Shown in pieces: positions 11,803 to 24,446 of a stretch of 46,465 nucleotides of DNA. Location of the stretch: assembly GCF_004010195.1 (NCBI RefSeq), contig NC_057718.1, positions 38,569,821 to 38,616,285 on the forward strand, read 5' to 3'. The notes under the pieces were generated by a model. The model was not told where the DNA came from. It saw nothing but the letters and a program-made list of their open reading frames with translations, and did no database searches. How positions within the stretch are numbered: the first letter of the stretch is position 1; the number at the start of each line of letters is the position of its first letter. Source of the DNA: Chiloscyllium plagiosum. Its lineage: Eukaryota. The translations under genes and the position numbers were made by a program.

Positions 11803-12904
11803 GCATATAAAGATCTCAGATTCTCAACTCAGGGTATTTAAAGCATGATACATTCCGTTACTGTCTGTAACTGAATAGCTTAAGATAGTCCAGACACAGA
11901 GTGCTTGTGACTGTAATATTTGCATATATTAGTGAGCTGTAATAAACATCTGTATCTTTCAACACAGTGTTATCCAAGTCTAGAAGTTTGGTAAATATTG
12001 CTAGGGTCTTTTGATGTTGTGTCAGACATTACTTTAGAAATTAAACGTACTGAAGTCTAAATGTGTACAGCTCAAGAATTTGGCCAATGTAAATCTGCAT
12101 AAAATCCAGTATGTACACTGCCAATAACCCAAGTCTTTATTAATCTGATTATCTGAGCTCATTGTAATTAGTAATCTGGACAGGGTTATCCCAGTAATCA
12201 GAATGTTAAACTTCTATGAAGGTACTATAAATATGACATGCATCAGGACTTTCTTAGGGTCCCATCACGCATCATTAACATAAACTGAGTTGGAGAAATG
12301 TCTCCATATTGGTTTGAAATTTGGTGGTATATGTAGGTGATATTTTATCCACTAGGTGGCCATATATGTACAAGTTTCCTGTAACCTTTTTTAATATCCA
12401 GAAATGCTATCACAAACAAATGAGCAGCTTTCCCACCACCAAATCACCATGGCATTTTCCACCGCCAGTAACCTGTAACCATCTAGGGTGCAATTCTAAG
12501 CAGCTCCACCTGAAGCTAATAGTTTAGAAGGCCATAGAGGGGAAATAAAATAAGAGACAAAACTAAGTTTTAAAAGAGCTGGAAATCGTAAATGTAAGTT
12601 CTAAGCATAAAGTTTGCAAAATAAAAATATTTTTTGATTCACGTTTGCAAAGATGTGTACCCTTCTTAATTTTAATATCTTTCAACCACTGAAGTTCAGC
12701 ATAAAAATAAGTCTCCTGAATATCTGTTCCACAAGCTTTTGTTTGTTTTGCTAAAAATTTTGTACTTTTTTTCTATTTACAATTGAAAGGTTAATGATAA
12801 GGATATGACCAGGTGCACCAGGTCTGTTTAAAGTCCCAAAAGTGCGAACAAATGCAATTTGAAATCAATGCACAGAATTTCAGATTAAAAGTAGATATTG
12901 GTTA

Positions 12905-13503
12905 ACATAAGAATGTATGAAATAGAAGAAGTCCACCATTCAGCCTTTCAAAGTTCACTTGGCCATTCATTGAGATCATTGTGGATTTTCTATTTCAGTA
13001 CCATTTTCATGCACTATCCCCGTATGTCTAGATGTTCTTAATATGTAGAAATCTATCAGACTCAGTCTTGATCGTAAATGACTGAATCTCCACTGGGGCA
13101 AAGAATTCCAAAGATTCACCAGTGAATGAAGAAATACCTCATCTCAGTGCAGCATAGACTGTTCATTATTCTGTGATTATGTCTCATGGTTCTCAACTCC
13201 TCCATCCTTTCTCAAACAACCTTATCAATTCCTCTAAGACTTTTGCATTTTTGAATGAGATCACCTCTGAATTCCACAGAATATATGCACAGACAATTTT
13301 ATCTTTCCTCATTAGACAATTCTTCTAACCCAGGGATTAGTTTGGTGAGCCTTTGTTGCACTTGCTTAATGGCAGGTATCACTGTTTAGGTGAAGAGACT
13401 AAAACCACACACAATACTCCAGCTGCAATCCCTTTAGAATTTCAGTGAGTCAGCTTTACTGCATTTCTGCTGTTCTACCAAAGCGGATGACCTCACATTT
13501 CTC
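12905..13503 (-). mobile_element. old CR1 LINE, 3' part (host of nested cluster)
   Basis: CR1-type tail and decayed ORF2 C-terminus; breaks at CCTCACATTTCTC and resumes near 18797. Confidence 0.7.
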
Positions 13504-15281
13504 CATAAGACCATAAGGTATAGGAGCAGAAATTGGGCCATCCAGCTCAGGAAATCTGCTCCGCCATTTAATCATGGCTAATATGTTTCTCAACCCCATT
13601 GTCCCACTTTCTCCCTGTAAACCTTGATCCCCTTGGCATTCAAGAACCTATCTATCTCCATCTTAAATATACTCAATGAACTGGCCTCCACAGCCTTCTG
13701 TGGCAGTGAATTCCATAGATTCACCACTCTCTGGCTGAAGACGTTTCTCCTTGTCTCCATTCTAAAAGGTCTTCCCTTTACTCCAAGGCTGTGCCCTCGG
13801 GTCTTAGTCTCTCCTATCCGACATCCACTATGTCCAGACCATTCTGTATTCTGTAAGTTTTGATTAGATCCCCCCTCCCATCCTTCGAAACTCCGAGTAT
13901 AGACCCAGAGTCCTCAAACATTCCTCATATATTAAGCTGTTCATTCCTGGGACCATTTTTGTGATTCTACTCTGAACACACTCCAGGGCCAGTACATCCT
14001 TCCTGAGATATGGGGCCCAAAACTGTGCACAATACTCCAAATGTGGCCTGACCAGAAACTTATAGATCCTCAGAAGTACATCCCTCCTATTATATTCAAG
14101 TCATCTCAAAATAAATACCATCATTGCATTTGCCTTCCTAAGTACTGACACAACCCGTAAGCTTACCTTGAGAGAATCCTGGATTAGCACTCCGAAGTTT
14201 CTTTGCACTTCAGACTTTTGAATTTTCTCCCCATTTAGAAAACAGTCTATGAGTCAATTCTTCCTACCAAGGTCATGGCCTTGCACTCGCCCACATTGTA
14301 CTCCATCTGCCAGTTCTTTGCCCATTCTCCGAACCTGTCCAAATCCTTCTGCAGCTTCTTCACCTCCTCAGTGCTACCTGTCCCTCTACCTATCTTTGTA
14401 TTATCTGCAAACTTAGCTGAATGCCCTCAGTTCCTTCATCTAGATAGTTAATGTATAAAGAGAAAAGTTGTGATCCCAACACTGAGCCTTGTGGAACACC
14501 AGTTGTCACTGGCTTCCACCCTGAGAAGGACTGTTTTATCCCCACTCTATGCTTTCTGCCAGATAACCAGTCTTCTGTCCATGCTAGCACCTTGCCTCTG
14601 ATACCATGGGCCCTTATTTTATTCAGTAGTCTCCTGTTTGGCACCTTGTCAAAGGCCTTCTTGAAGTCCAGGTAGATAACATCCATTGGTTCTCCTTGGT
14701 GTAATCTGCTCATTACTTCCTCAAAGAATTCTAGCGTTTTGTCAGGCATGACATACCTTTGATGAAACCGTGCTGACTCTGCCCTATTTTACCATACACT
14801 TCCAAGTATTCAAAAATCTTATCCGTCATGATGGATTCTAGGATCTTACCCGCGACTGAGGTTAGGCTAATTGGTCTGTAATTTTCTGTCTTCTGCCTTA
14901 CTCCCTTTTTTATCAAAAGTGTTACATAAGCAATTTTCCGGTCCTCTGGGACCCTCCCTGATTCTAGTAATTCCTGAAAGATTACCACAAACCCCACTAT
15001 CTCTTCAGCTATGTTCTTTAGAACTCTGTGGTGTAGTCCATCTGGTCCAGGTTATTTATTCACCTTCAGACTATTCAGTTTTTCTAGCATAGTGCTGGTT
15101 ATCATACTCAGCTCTACCTGCCCAATTCTCTTGGAGTTTTGGGAAATTACTCATATCCTCCGCTGTGAAGACTGACATGACGTAATTATTCAGTTCCTCA
15201 GCCATTTCTTTGTTCCCCATTACTATCTCACCTGCATCATTTTCCAACGGCCCAATGTCCACTTTTGCCTCTCCATTGCCC

Positions 15282-15304
15282 TATATATATATATATATAT
15301 ATAT
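15282..15304. repeat. (TA)n microsatellite within CR1
   Basis: About 11 TA units read directly. Confidence 0.9.
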
Positions 15305-15523
15305 CCAAAGAAACTCTTATAGTCTTCCTTTATATTACTGGCTAGCTTGCCCTCATTAATATTCTCCCTCCTTATTTCTTTTTTTGTTGTCCTCTGTTGG
15401 TTTTTCTTAGCTTCCCAATCCTCTAGTTTCCCACTGTTCTTCACCACTTTTATATGCTTATTTGTTTGCTTTTATGTTATCCTTGACTTCCCTAGTCAGC
15501 CATGGTTGCCTCATCCTCCCTGT

Positions 15524-15709
15524 GGAGAGAAAGTGAGGACTGCAGATGCTGGAGATCAGAGCTGAAAATGTGTTGCTGGAAAAGCGCAGCAGGTCAGGCA
15601 GCATCCAGGGAACAGGAGAATCGAAGAAGGGCTTATGCCCGAAACGTCGATTCTCCTGTTCCCTGGATGCTGCCTGACCTGCTGCGCTTTTCCAGCAACA
15701 CATTTTCAG
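15524..15709 (-). mobile_element. family 1 PLE-derived fold-back insertion in CR1
   Basis: 14-bp TSD CTCATCCTCCCTGT at 15510-15523 and 15710-15723; perfect 66-bp inverted arms 15559-15624 and 15647-15712; loop AGAAGGGCTTATGCCCGAAACG. Confidence 0.9.
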
Positions 15710-16559
15710 CTCATCCTCCCTGTACCATGCTTCTTTTTCTTCTGGATGAATCTCTGCTGTGTCTCCTGAATTACTCCCAGAAACTCCTGCCACTACTGTT
15801 CCACTGTCTTTCCTGCTAGGCTCCTCTCCTAGTCAGTTCTACCCAGCTCCTCCCTCGTGTCTCTGTAGTTGCCTTTAGTCAGCTGAAATACTGTTACCTC
15901 TGATCTATCTTCTCTCAAATTGCAGAGTAAATTTGATCATGTTTTGGTCAGTGCTTCCTAAAGGTTCCTTCACTTTAAGCTCCTTTAACAAGTCTGCCTC
16001 ATTGCACAATACTAAATCCAGTATTGCCTGTTCCCTAGTGGGCTCCATCACAAACTGCTCCAAAAAGCCATCCCATAGACATTTCACAAATTCCTTTTCT
16101 TATGAACCACTACCAACCTGATTTTCCCCATCCATTTGCGTATTGAAATCTCCCATGATCACTGTAACTTTGCCTTTCCTACACATCTTTTCTATCGCCT
16201 GGTGTATCCTGCACCCCAGCTCCTGTCTCCTGTTTGGAGGCTTATACATGACTCCAATTGTGGTGTTTTTAGCTTTGCAGTTCCTCAACTCTACCCTCAC
16301 AGATTCTACACCATCTGACCCTACTTCATTTCTTACTATTGATTTAATTTCATTTCTTACTAACTGGGCAACCCCACTCCTTCTGCTCACTGCCTATCTT
16401 TTCAGTAGGATGTATATCCTTGACTATTCACCTGCCAATCCTGATCCCCTTGCAGCCACGTTTCCGTGATGGCCACCATGTCATATCTGTGCCACAAGCT
16501 CAATAACCTTATTCCTTATACTGTGCACATTCAGATATAACACCTTTAGTCCTGTATTA

Positions 16560-17078
16560 TATAGAACATAGAACAGTGCAGCACAGTACTGGTTGTTCAG
16601 CCCTCCATGTTGTGTCAACCTTCTATTCTACTCTAAGATCAGACTAACCTACATACCCTTCATTGTACTAATTTCCATGTGCCTATCCAAGAGTTGCTTA
16701 AATGCCCCTAATGTATTTGACTCTACTACCACTGCTAGCATTGCATTCCATGCACCCACCACTGAGTAAAGACTCTACTTCTGACATCTCTCCTAAATGT
16801 ACCTCCAATTACTTTAAAATTACACCTCCTCACGGTAAACATGGGAAAATGTCTCTGGCTATCTACCCTATTTATGCCTCTCAAAATCTTGTACACCTTA
16901 ATCAAGTCACCTCTCATCCTTCGCTGCAATGAGAAAAACCCTACCTCCCTCAACCTTTCTTCATAAGACAAGCTTTCCAGTCCAGACAGGATCCTGGTAA
17001 ATGTTCTCTGCACCCTTTCAAAGCTTCCACATCTTTCCTATAATGAGGTGACCAGAACTGAACACAATATTCCAAGTT
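16560..17078 (-). mobile_element. CR1 LINE 3' fragment
   Basis: ATAGAAC tail repeat on +; peptide QRTFTRILSGLESLSYEERL...RGDLIKVYKIL. Confidence 0.85.
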
Positions 17079-17084
17079 TTGTCT

Positions 17085-17258
17085 TCCACCTATCACATTC
17101 CCAACGCCCATCCCCTAAGTCCCTCCTCCTACCTTTTATCTTAGCCTGCTTGGCACACCCTCCTCATTCCTGAAGAAGGGCTCATGCCCGAAACGTCGAT
17201 TCTCCTGCTCCTTGGATGCTGCCTGACCCGCTGCGCTTTTCCAGCAACACATTTTCAG
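17085..17258 (+). mobile_element. family 1 PLE terminus, single non-inverted copy
   Basis: C-rich leader then the same TCGATTCTCCTG...CCAGCAACACATTTTCAG arm as at 15647-15709; lies between two CR1 pieces. Confidence 0.75.
17166..17201 (+). ncRNA. putative minimal type I hammerhead ribozyme
   Basis: CTGAAGA (17170-17176), A, stem II GGGC-TCAT-GCCC, GAAA (17190-17193), palindromic ACGT, GUC triplet ending at 17197; stem I is weak (ATTC/GATT). Activity untested. Confidence 0.6.
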
Positions 17259-17261
17259 TTA

Positions 17262-18700
17262 AGATTCATTCTTATCTTGACTAGATGTTCCACATCCCTT
17301 GTCACCCAAGGTTCTTTCAACCTACCATCCCTTCCTTGCCTCAGTGTGTCAAACCTCTCCAGCACTATCAGCAAGTGCTTCCTAAACTACCTTCACATTT
17401 CTGTCATGTATTTCCCTAAGAATATCTGTTTCCAATTTATGCTCCACAGTTCCTGCCTAATAGCAATGTAATTCCCACTCCCCCAATTAACTACTTTCTC
17501 ATACCATCTACTCTCCATGAGTTATAGTAGAGGTCATGGAGTTGTGATCACTATCATCGAAATGCTCTCCCACTGAGATCTGACACCTGCCATGGTTTGT
17601 TGCCAAGCACCAAATCCAATATGGCCTCACCTCTGATCGGTCTATCTACATATTGCGTCAAGAACCCTTTCTGCAGATACCTGACAAAAACTGCTCCATT
17701 CAAATATTTGAAATAAGTAGGTTCCAATCACTAGGGAAGATAAAGTCACTCATGACAACAACCCTGTTACTTCTATCCATTTCCAAAAGCTGCCTCCCAG
17801 TCTGCTTCTGTGTGTCTCTGTTGCTATTGGGGAGCCTGTAGAAAACTCCCAATAACGAGACTGTACCTTTCCTGTTTATGACTTCCACCCATACTGACTC
17901 TGTCGACAAACCCTCCTCAACAAGCTCCCTTTCTGCAACTGTGATACTATCCCTGATTAGCAATGCCACTCCTCCACCACTTTTACTTTTCCCCTGTTCC
18001 TTTTGAAAAATCTAAACCCTGGTACATCCAACAACCACTCCTACCCCTTTGATAACCAAGTCTCCGTAATGGCCACAACATCATAGTTCTAAGTAGTGAT
18101 CCATGGTCTGAGTTTGTCACCCTTATAACTGATACTACTTGCATTAAAATAGACACACTTCAACCCATCACACTGACTGCACCTTTTCTCTATCAAATGC
18201 CTATCGCTCCTCACATACACTCTGCATGCTGTATCTGGCTGTTCACTTGCTACTCCATCATCCGAACCGTAGTTCAGGTTCCCACCCCCCTGCCAATCTA
18301 GCAAACCTCCTGTCCAGGATATTGGTGCTCCTTCATTTCAGGTGCAACCAATCCTTCTTGTACAGGTCCCACCTTCCCCAGAAAGTGTCCCAATAATCCA
18401 CATATCTGAGGCTCTCCCTCCTACACCAGCCCTGCAGCCACATGTTCTCTATTCATAGCCTCAGTAGCACATGGCACCAGAAGCAATCCTGAGATTCTAC
18501 TCTGTTCATCCTCCCTTGTAGCTTCCAACCTATATTCTCTTTTCAGGTCCTCCTCCCTTTCCCTATCTATGTCATTGGTTCCAATGTGTACCACGACTTC
18601 TGGCTCCTCTCCCTCCCCCTTAAAAATCCTGGAGACGCGATCAGAGACATCCCTGACCTTGGCACCCTGGAGGCAACACACTATCCAGGTTTCTCACTCA
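17262..18700 (-). mobile_element. CR1 LINE 5' part (ORF1 esterase and ORF2 endonuclease), decayed
   Basis: CCLQGAKVRDV...VVVHIGTND (SGNH block), CVYFNASSI, LGVFYRLPN, VVMSDFIFP. Confidence 0.88.
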
Positions 18701-18796
18701 CTGATCATTGTCATTGTCATTCATGTGTCCAGTGTACTTGAAGTTTGATTGCTAACCTTTTCCAGATACTTTGTCATATTTGTGTCTGTGCTTGTC

Positions 18797-21160
18797 CGTA
18801 TTGTATTCCATCTGTCAATTCTTTTGCCCACTTGCTTATTTTCTCCAGATCTTCTTGAAATGTCTTTGCATCCTCCTCACAGCTCACACTATTGTGTCCT
18901 CTGCAAACTTGAAAATATTACATTTAATCCCCATGTCCAAATCATTGATATAGATTGTGAATAGCTGAAGCTGAAGCAATGATTTTTGCAGTACTGCACT
19001 AAAGACATCCTGACAACCTGAAAGTGACCCATTTATTCCTACTCTGTTTTCTGTCTCAATCCATGCCAGTATGGTATCCTCAATGTCATATGTTCTCATT
19101 TTGTTTATGAACCTCTTTAGTGGAACCACATTAAAGCTTTCTGAAAATCTAAACACAGCACATCCACCAATTCTCCCTTATCTATCTTGCTAATTACAAT
19201 TTCAAAGAACTCCCTCAGGTTTATTCAACATGATTTCCCTTTTATAAATGTGTAACTCTTCCCATTCCAGCCATTATTTTCTAAGTTTCCTATAATCATA
19301 TCCTTTATTTTAGACTCTTGTGTTTCCTTTTGACTGATATTAGGTAACCAGGTCTGTAGTCCCCAGTTTACACTCTGAACAGAAACCTTAAGGTACAATT
19401 ACCTACCTTGCTAGATCATAAATGTCTAAAGTAACTGAAAATCCATTAGCTTGCTAAAGTATCCCTCACAAATTGTTTTAAAAGGAAATCACCATGGCTA
19501 CAGAAATATTTACAAGTTAATCGTTAACTTCAGACACACAAACCCCAGATGTTATTAACTAAAAATTCAAACCTAAACTTAAAATAAATAGTTTATATCA
19601 CAATTTTAAGTCCCATTAATTTCTTTAATACTTTTACTTTCACCGATATTAATTTATTGTAGTACATTTTTATACACAGTCCTTCGATTCTCCATTATTT
19701 CAGGGAAGCTTTTAGTATTTTACTTTATGAAGACAGACGCAAAATTCTTATTTAATTTTTCTGCCAGTTCCTCATTCGCTATTATACATTCTTCTGCCTC
19801 CACATAATGGACTCACATTTGTTTTGCTAATCTTTTCCTTCTTGCATATCTATAAAAGATTTTCCAATTTGCTTTATGTTTCTTGCAAGTTTGTTCTCAT
19901 ATTCCATATTTATTTTCTTCATTTTTTTTGGTCTTTCTTTGCAGAATTCTAATCCCTATGTTTACTATTTTTTGGCAAATTTGTTTAATCCAATGCAATT
20001 CTTCATTAGCCATAATTGGGACACTTGTTGGTTGTGATGCATCAATGGAATACATTTTGATTGGAAACTGTAAATTAGTTCTTTAAAATTATGATGGTAT
20101 ATGGCAATAGTTAACACTTAGCTTCCTAATCCACTGTAATTTTATTTGCCTTTCATGTCTTCCTTTGTTTCCTTTGGATTTAAGAACCTAGCTTCAGATT
20201 TAAGTACATCACTTTCAATGTAATATAAAATTCTATCGTATTAATGTCATTGTTTCCTGAAGCCAACTTTACAACAAGAGTGTTAATTAACTGGTTGTCA
20301 TTGCATTACACTAGATCTGAAGTAACCCATTCCCTACTTGGTTCCCCAGTGCAAATCTTACATGCTTTCTAAAAACTTATCCTCCACAACATTTGTACTA
20401 GGTAGATTTACCCACCCTTTCTATAGATGAAATCCTCTATGATTACTGTATTCCCTGTTGTTACACACGCCTCTAATTTCCTGATTTATACAGTAATTTG
20501 TATTATCATTGATGTTTGGCTTATAAACAACTCCAACCAATGTTTTGTGCTAATTACTGTTTCTCAATTTCATCCAAACTGATTCTACACTTGAACTTTA
20601 GAATTAAGGTAAACTAACCACAGTATTAATACCCTCTTTCATTAACAGATAAATTCCGCTACATTTTCACAGCTTCCTATTCTTCCTGACTGTTATGTAC
20701 CTTTAGATATTCAGGCCCCAACATTGGTTTCTTTGCAGACACATCTGTGTAATGACTATCAGGTGATACCTATGAATTTCTATTTGGGCTAATAATTAAT
20801 TTGTTTTATTATGGATGCTGCAAGCATTAGGATACAAGACCCTTAATTACAGTTCTGAAGAAAGATTACTGGATCTGAAACTTTAATTCTGCTTTTTCTC
20901 CAGATGCTGCCAGACCTACTGAATTCCTCTAGCATTTTCAGTTTCATTTCAGATTCCAGCATCCACAATTCTTTGTTTTTATAACCCTTAATGACATGTT
21001 TTTTCAAATTATATTTGTAACCATCAGTCCTAAATGCTGGGACACTGATACAATGCTGGTATGCAATCATTGTCCCTCCTATCGTAGCCCAATTATCTTT
21101 ACCTTTATTGCTATCTTGATGTATTGCCTCGTCATTTTCCTTTTGATCAATTTTCCGTAA
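18797..21160 (-). mobile_element. continuation of the old CR1 begun at 12905
   Basis: LFTIYINDLD...KFAEDT in ORF 18884-19156, then decayed endonuclease-region sequence; an unrelated block lies at about 19375-19640. Confidence 0.65.
20852..20983 (+). mobile_element. family 3 PLE-derived short element starting at a hammerhead-like core
   Basis: CTGAAGA-A-AGATT-ACTG-GATCT-GAAAC at 20855-20881; flanked by ACCCTTAATTACA (20839-20851) and ACCCTTAATGACA (20984-20996), 13 bp with one mismatch. Confidence 0.75.
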
Positions 21161-21164
21161 CCCA

Positions 21165-22160
21165 AAATCATATGATGTAGGAGCAGAAGTAGACAATTTG
21201 GTCCATCAAGTCTGCTCCACCATTTAATGAGATCATGGCTGATTTGATAATTCTCACCATCATTTTTCTGTCTTATTCCTGTAACTCTCAATTCCCTGAC
21301 TGATTTGAAATCTGTCTGTCTCAGCCTTGAAAATACTTAACGACCCAGCCTCAATAGCCTGCTGCGTAATGAGTTTGACAGATTGCCAAGCATCTAACAG
21401 AAAAATTCCTCCTCATCTCTGTCGTAAATGTGTGATCTCTTATTGTGAGTTTATGCCCTCTGGTTCTAAACTCTCCCACAATGGGAATCAACCTTTCCAC
21501 ATATACTCTGTCAAGCCCCCTAAGAATCTTGTATGTTTCTATAAGGTCTCCTTTCATTCTTCCAAACTTCCAAACAAGCCCAAGTGACTTGACCTCTCCT
21601 CATAAGAAAATCTCTCCATACCCAAAGTCAACACAGTGAACCTCTTCCAGACTGTCTCTGATGCAAGAGTACTTTTACTTACATAAGAGGACCAACACTG
21701 TTCATAGTATTTTGTGTGGTCTGACTAGGACCCTGTAAAGCTTTAGCAAGACTTACCTTTTTTTATATTCCATTCTCTTATAAAATGAAAGCTGATAATT
21801 CAATTTGCCTTCCCTTAATACCTTCTGAACTTGGATACAAGCTTTCTGTGGTTCATACCCAAATACCCCAACTTCCTCTGTGCTGCAGCTTTCTGCATTC
21901 TTTCGTTGTTAAATAATATTTAGCTGTTCTATTCTTCCTGTCAAAGTCCATAATTTTACAATTACCCATGCTATATTCGATCTGCCAAGATTTTGCCACT
22001 CAATTAACTCATCTGTATCCCTTCTGTAGATTCTGTATGTCATTCTCACTGCTGGTTTTCCCACCTTTTTTTGTGTCTCTTGCACATTTGGCGACAGAAC
22101 ATTCAATTCCATGATCCAAATCACTAATATATATTGTAAGTAATTGTGGCCTCAACATGA
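21165..22160 (-). mobile_element. CR1 LINE 3' fragment
   Basis: KGDLIETYKILRGLDRV...RTRGHKL; LTIYISDLD. Confidence 0.85.
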
Positions 22161-22477
22161 ATGCTGTGACAAAGTGACGAGTGCTGTGGATATCCCAAAC
22201 CCTGGCACAGATCAAGCAACACAGCCTTCTAAATTTTCACATAGCTGAGAGAATAGTGTCTATCCCTTTGACTATATTGTCCCCTACTACAGCTGCATTC
22301 CTTTTATCTCTCCCCTCTTTAATCACTTGCTGTATCATAGTGCTATGGTCAATCTGCTCCTGTCCGTACAATCTTGATCATGTTGCTCAATTGCAAGGTC
22401 TGTTACTTGTCTGCATTCACCTTCTCAATATCTGTACCTACCTGATTCACAGTCACACCCTTCTGTCCCTATCACTT

Positions 22478-22850
22478 AGAGTCATAGCGCTGTACAAACC
22501 CTTCTGTCCAACTCATCCATGCCGACCAAATATCCGGAATAAATCTAGACTAATTTGCCAGCATTTGGCCAATATCCCTCTACCCTTCCTATTCATATAC
22601 CTATCCAGGTGACTTTTAACTGTTGTAATTGGACCAGCCTCTTCCTTCCTTACTTCCTTTGTCATCCTTTGCATGATAAAGTTACCCCTAAGGTTCCTTT
22701 TAAATCTTTTCCCTCTCGCCCTAAACCTATGCTGTCTAGTTTTGGACTTGCCACCCTGGAGAAAAGACCTTGTCTATGTACTCGATCCATGCCTCTCATC
22801 ATTTTATAAACCTCTATTAGGTCACTCCTCAGCTTCTGCGCTCCATGGAA
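22478..22850 (-). mobile_element. CR1 3' tail fragment, same type as the 30472 and 39886 copies
   Basis: GAGTCATAG...CTCATCCATGCCGACC...GCATTTGGCC...CCTAAACCTATGC parallels 39898-40280. Confidence 0.75.
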
Positions 22851-24229
22851 TGTGTAACTTAAACCTTAAGGTCCCGTCACTCACCAAGCTTCTGACTTCA
22901 CATTATGCACACTCGTAATTTTTACCAAATGCTAAAGCAAGAGAAAACAAATAGATTTAGTTTGCAGTTTATGGCCTGGCTGTAGACTCTTTCAGACTTT
23001 TGTTTATCAATCGATCCAATATTTCAAAATGTGGCTAGAATGTCCTTTTTGCTTCTAGAGATGTTGCTGTAGGAACTTTGTGGCTTTTCCTGTAGAATTC
23101 TCTGTCTGTTTATTGAGTATGACAGGTGTATAGTATGCATATGTCATTCTCATTTTGAAACTGAAACCAAAATCCATCTGTTGCTACTATGTTAGAGCAA
23201 CTATATTTTTGAGGTTGGAAAGCCATTTTGCCAGCATAAATCATTTCTAAGAAAGCTTATGATTTAATAAGTATCTAGCCAGATACCTGTGGTTTTAATT
23301 GATTAAATGTTCACATTGTCAAGTTAATGATATTGAGAAAGATAAATAATTGGGATATTAATTAGTTTAGTCTGAGCTCACTTCAGAAGAATTAGGTTAC
23401 ACTTTTAAGCTGGAAGAAGAGCAGTTTCATCCTTGCAGAAGAACAAGGTTTTCAGTTCGGAAGAATGGTTTCTTCCTAGCAGCAGGGAAGTTTGCTACAT
23501 TTGTAGAATCCCCAGTTTGTGAGAGTTCGTGAATTCTTTTGGCCATCAGGACTAAAAGGAATCGAGGTTATCCAAACTATAAAGAACTGTTGAGCAGACC
23601 AAGAAGGAGAACTGAAAGAATCAATGAGCTGATAAATTAAAGATATATAACATTCAATATCTTCAAATACTTTATTGGGAAAAAGACAGATTGGGTTAGC
23701 TTGGATCTCTGATTTTGCCATGTTAAAATGTTTGCTACCTCTCTAATTGCCATTAGAAGTTCAGAAATCCATTATATATTCTGAAAATTGCCTTGGATTA
23801 GCTCATGTCTGCAGTCACTTTAGCCATGGTTTTATGACCCAAAGTGGTTAGGTTTTAGTCACTTCTGCATACTTCAAATATTTCATTTTTCATAAGGTGG
23901 GGAGCAAGTTGTTTGCACATCTCCAAGTATTTATTGTCCCTCATCTCCATGAAGTGAAATTTTGCTTCATATTGATGTAAATTAACAGTCATGTTAATGT
24001 GTATCAGAGTTAATTTGTTTCAGTAAAATGTCCTTTTTTACAGTTTAAACTTCTTTCTTTTTTAAAAGTCCCAAACTGCAACTCAGGCCGATGAAATTCA
24101 AAATGAATATTTGGCACAGGACATCTTCATGAAACCTCAACATCATCAGGAATGGAATGTGAACTAGGTGACAAGAATGAACAAAATCCATCTACTCATC
24201 CTGAGGATGTGATGGCCATGTGGTATTAT

Positions 24230-24446
24230 GGAGGAAGTGAGGATTACAGATGCTGGAGATCAGAGCTTAAAAATGTGTTGCTGGAAAAGCGCAGTAGGTC
24301 AGGCAGCATTAAAGGGGCAGGAGAATTGACGTTTCGGGCATAAGCCCTTCTTCAGGACAGAAGAAGGGCTTATGCCCGAAATGTCGATTCTCCTGCTCCT
24401 TTGATGCTGCCTGACCTGCTGTGCTTTTCCAGCAACACATTTTTAA
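24230..24446 (-). mobile_element. family 1 PLE-derived fold-back insertion
   Basis: 15-bp TSD GCCATGTGGTATTAT at 24215-24229 and 24447-24461; inverted arms meet at about 24356. Confidence 0.9.
24328..24355 (-). ncRNA. putative minimal hammerhead core
   Basis: Minus strand CTGAAGA-A-GGGC-TTAT-GCCC-GAAACGTC; the plus-strand mirror at 24358-24385 has CAGAAGA and GAAATGTC. Confidence 0.5.

Larger units (their letters stand above)
13504..16559 (-). mobile_element. CR1 LINE, disrupted ORF2 (APE endonuclease and RT)
   Basis: Minus-strand peptides [59 protein letters not shown]; tail repeat (CATAAGAC on +) at 13505. Confidence 0.93.
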
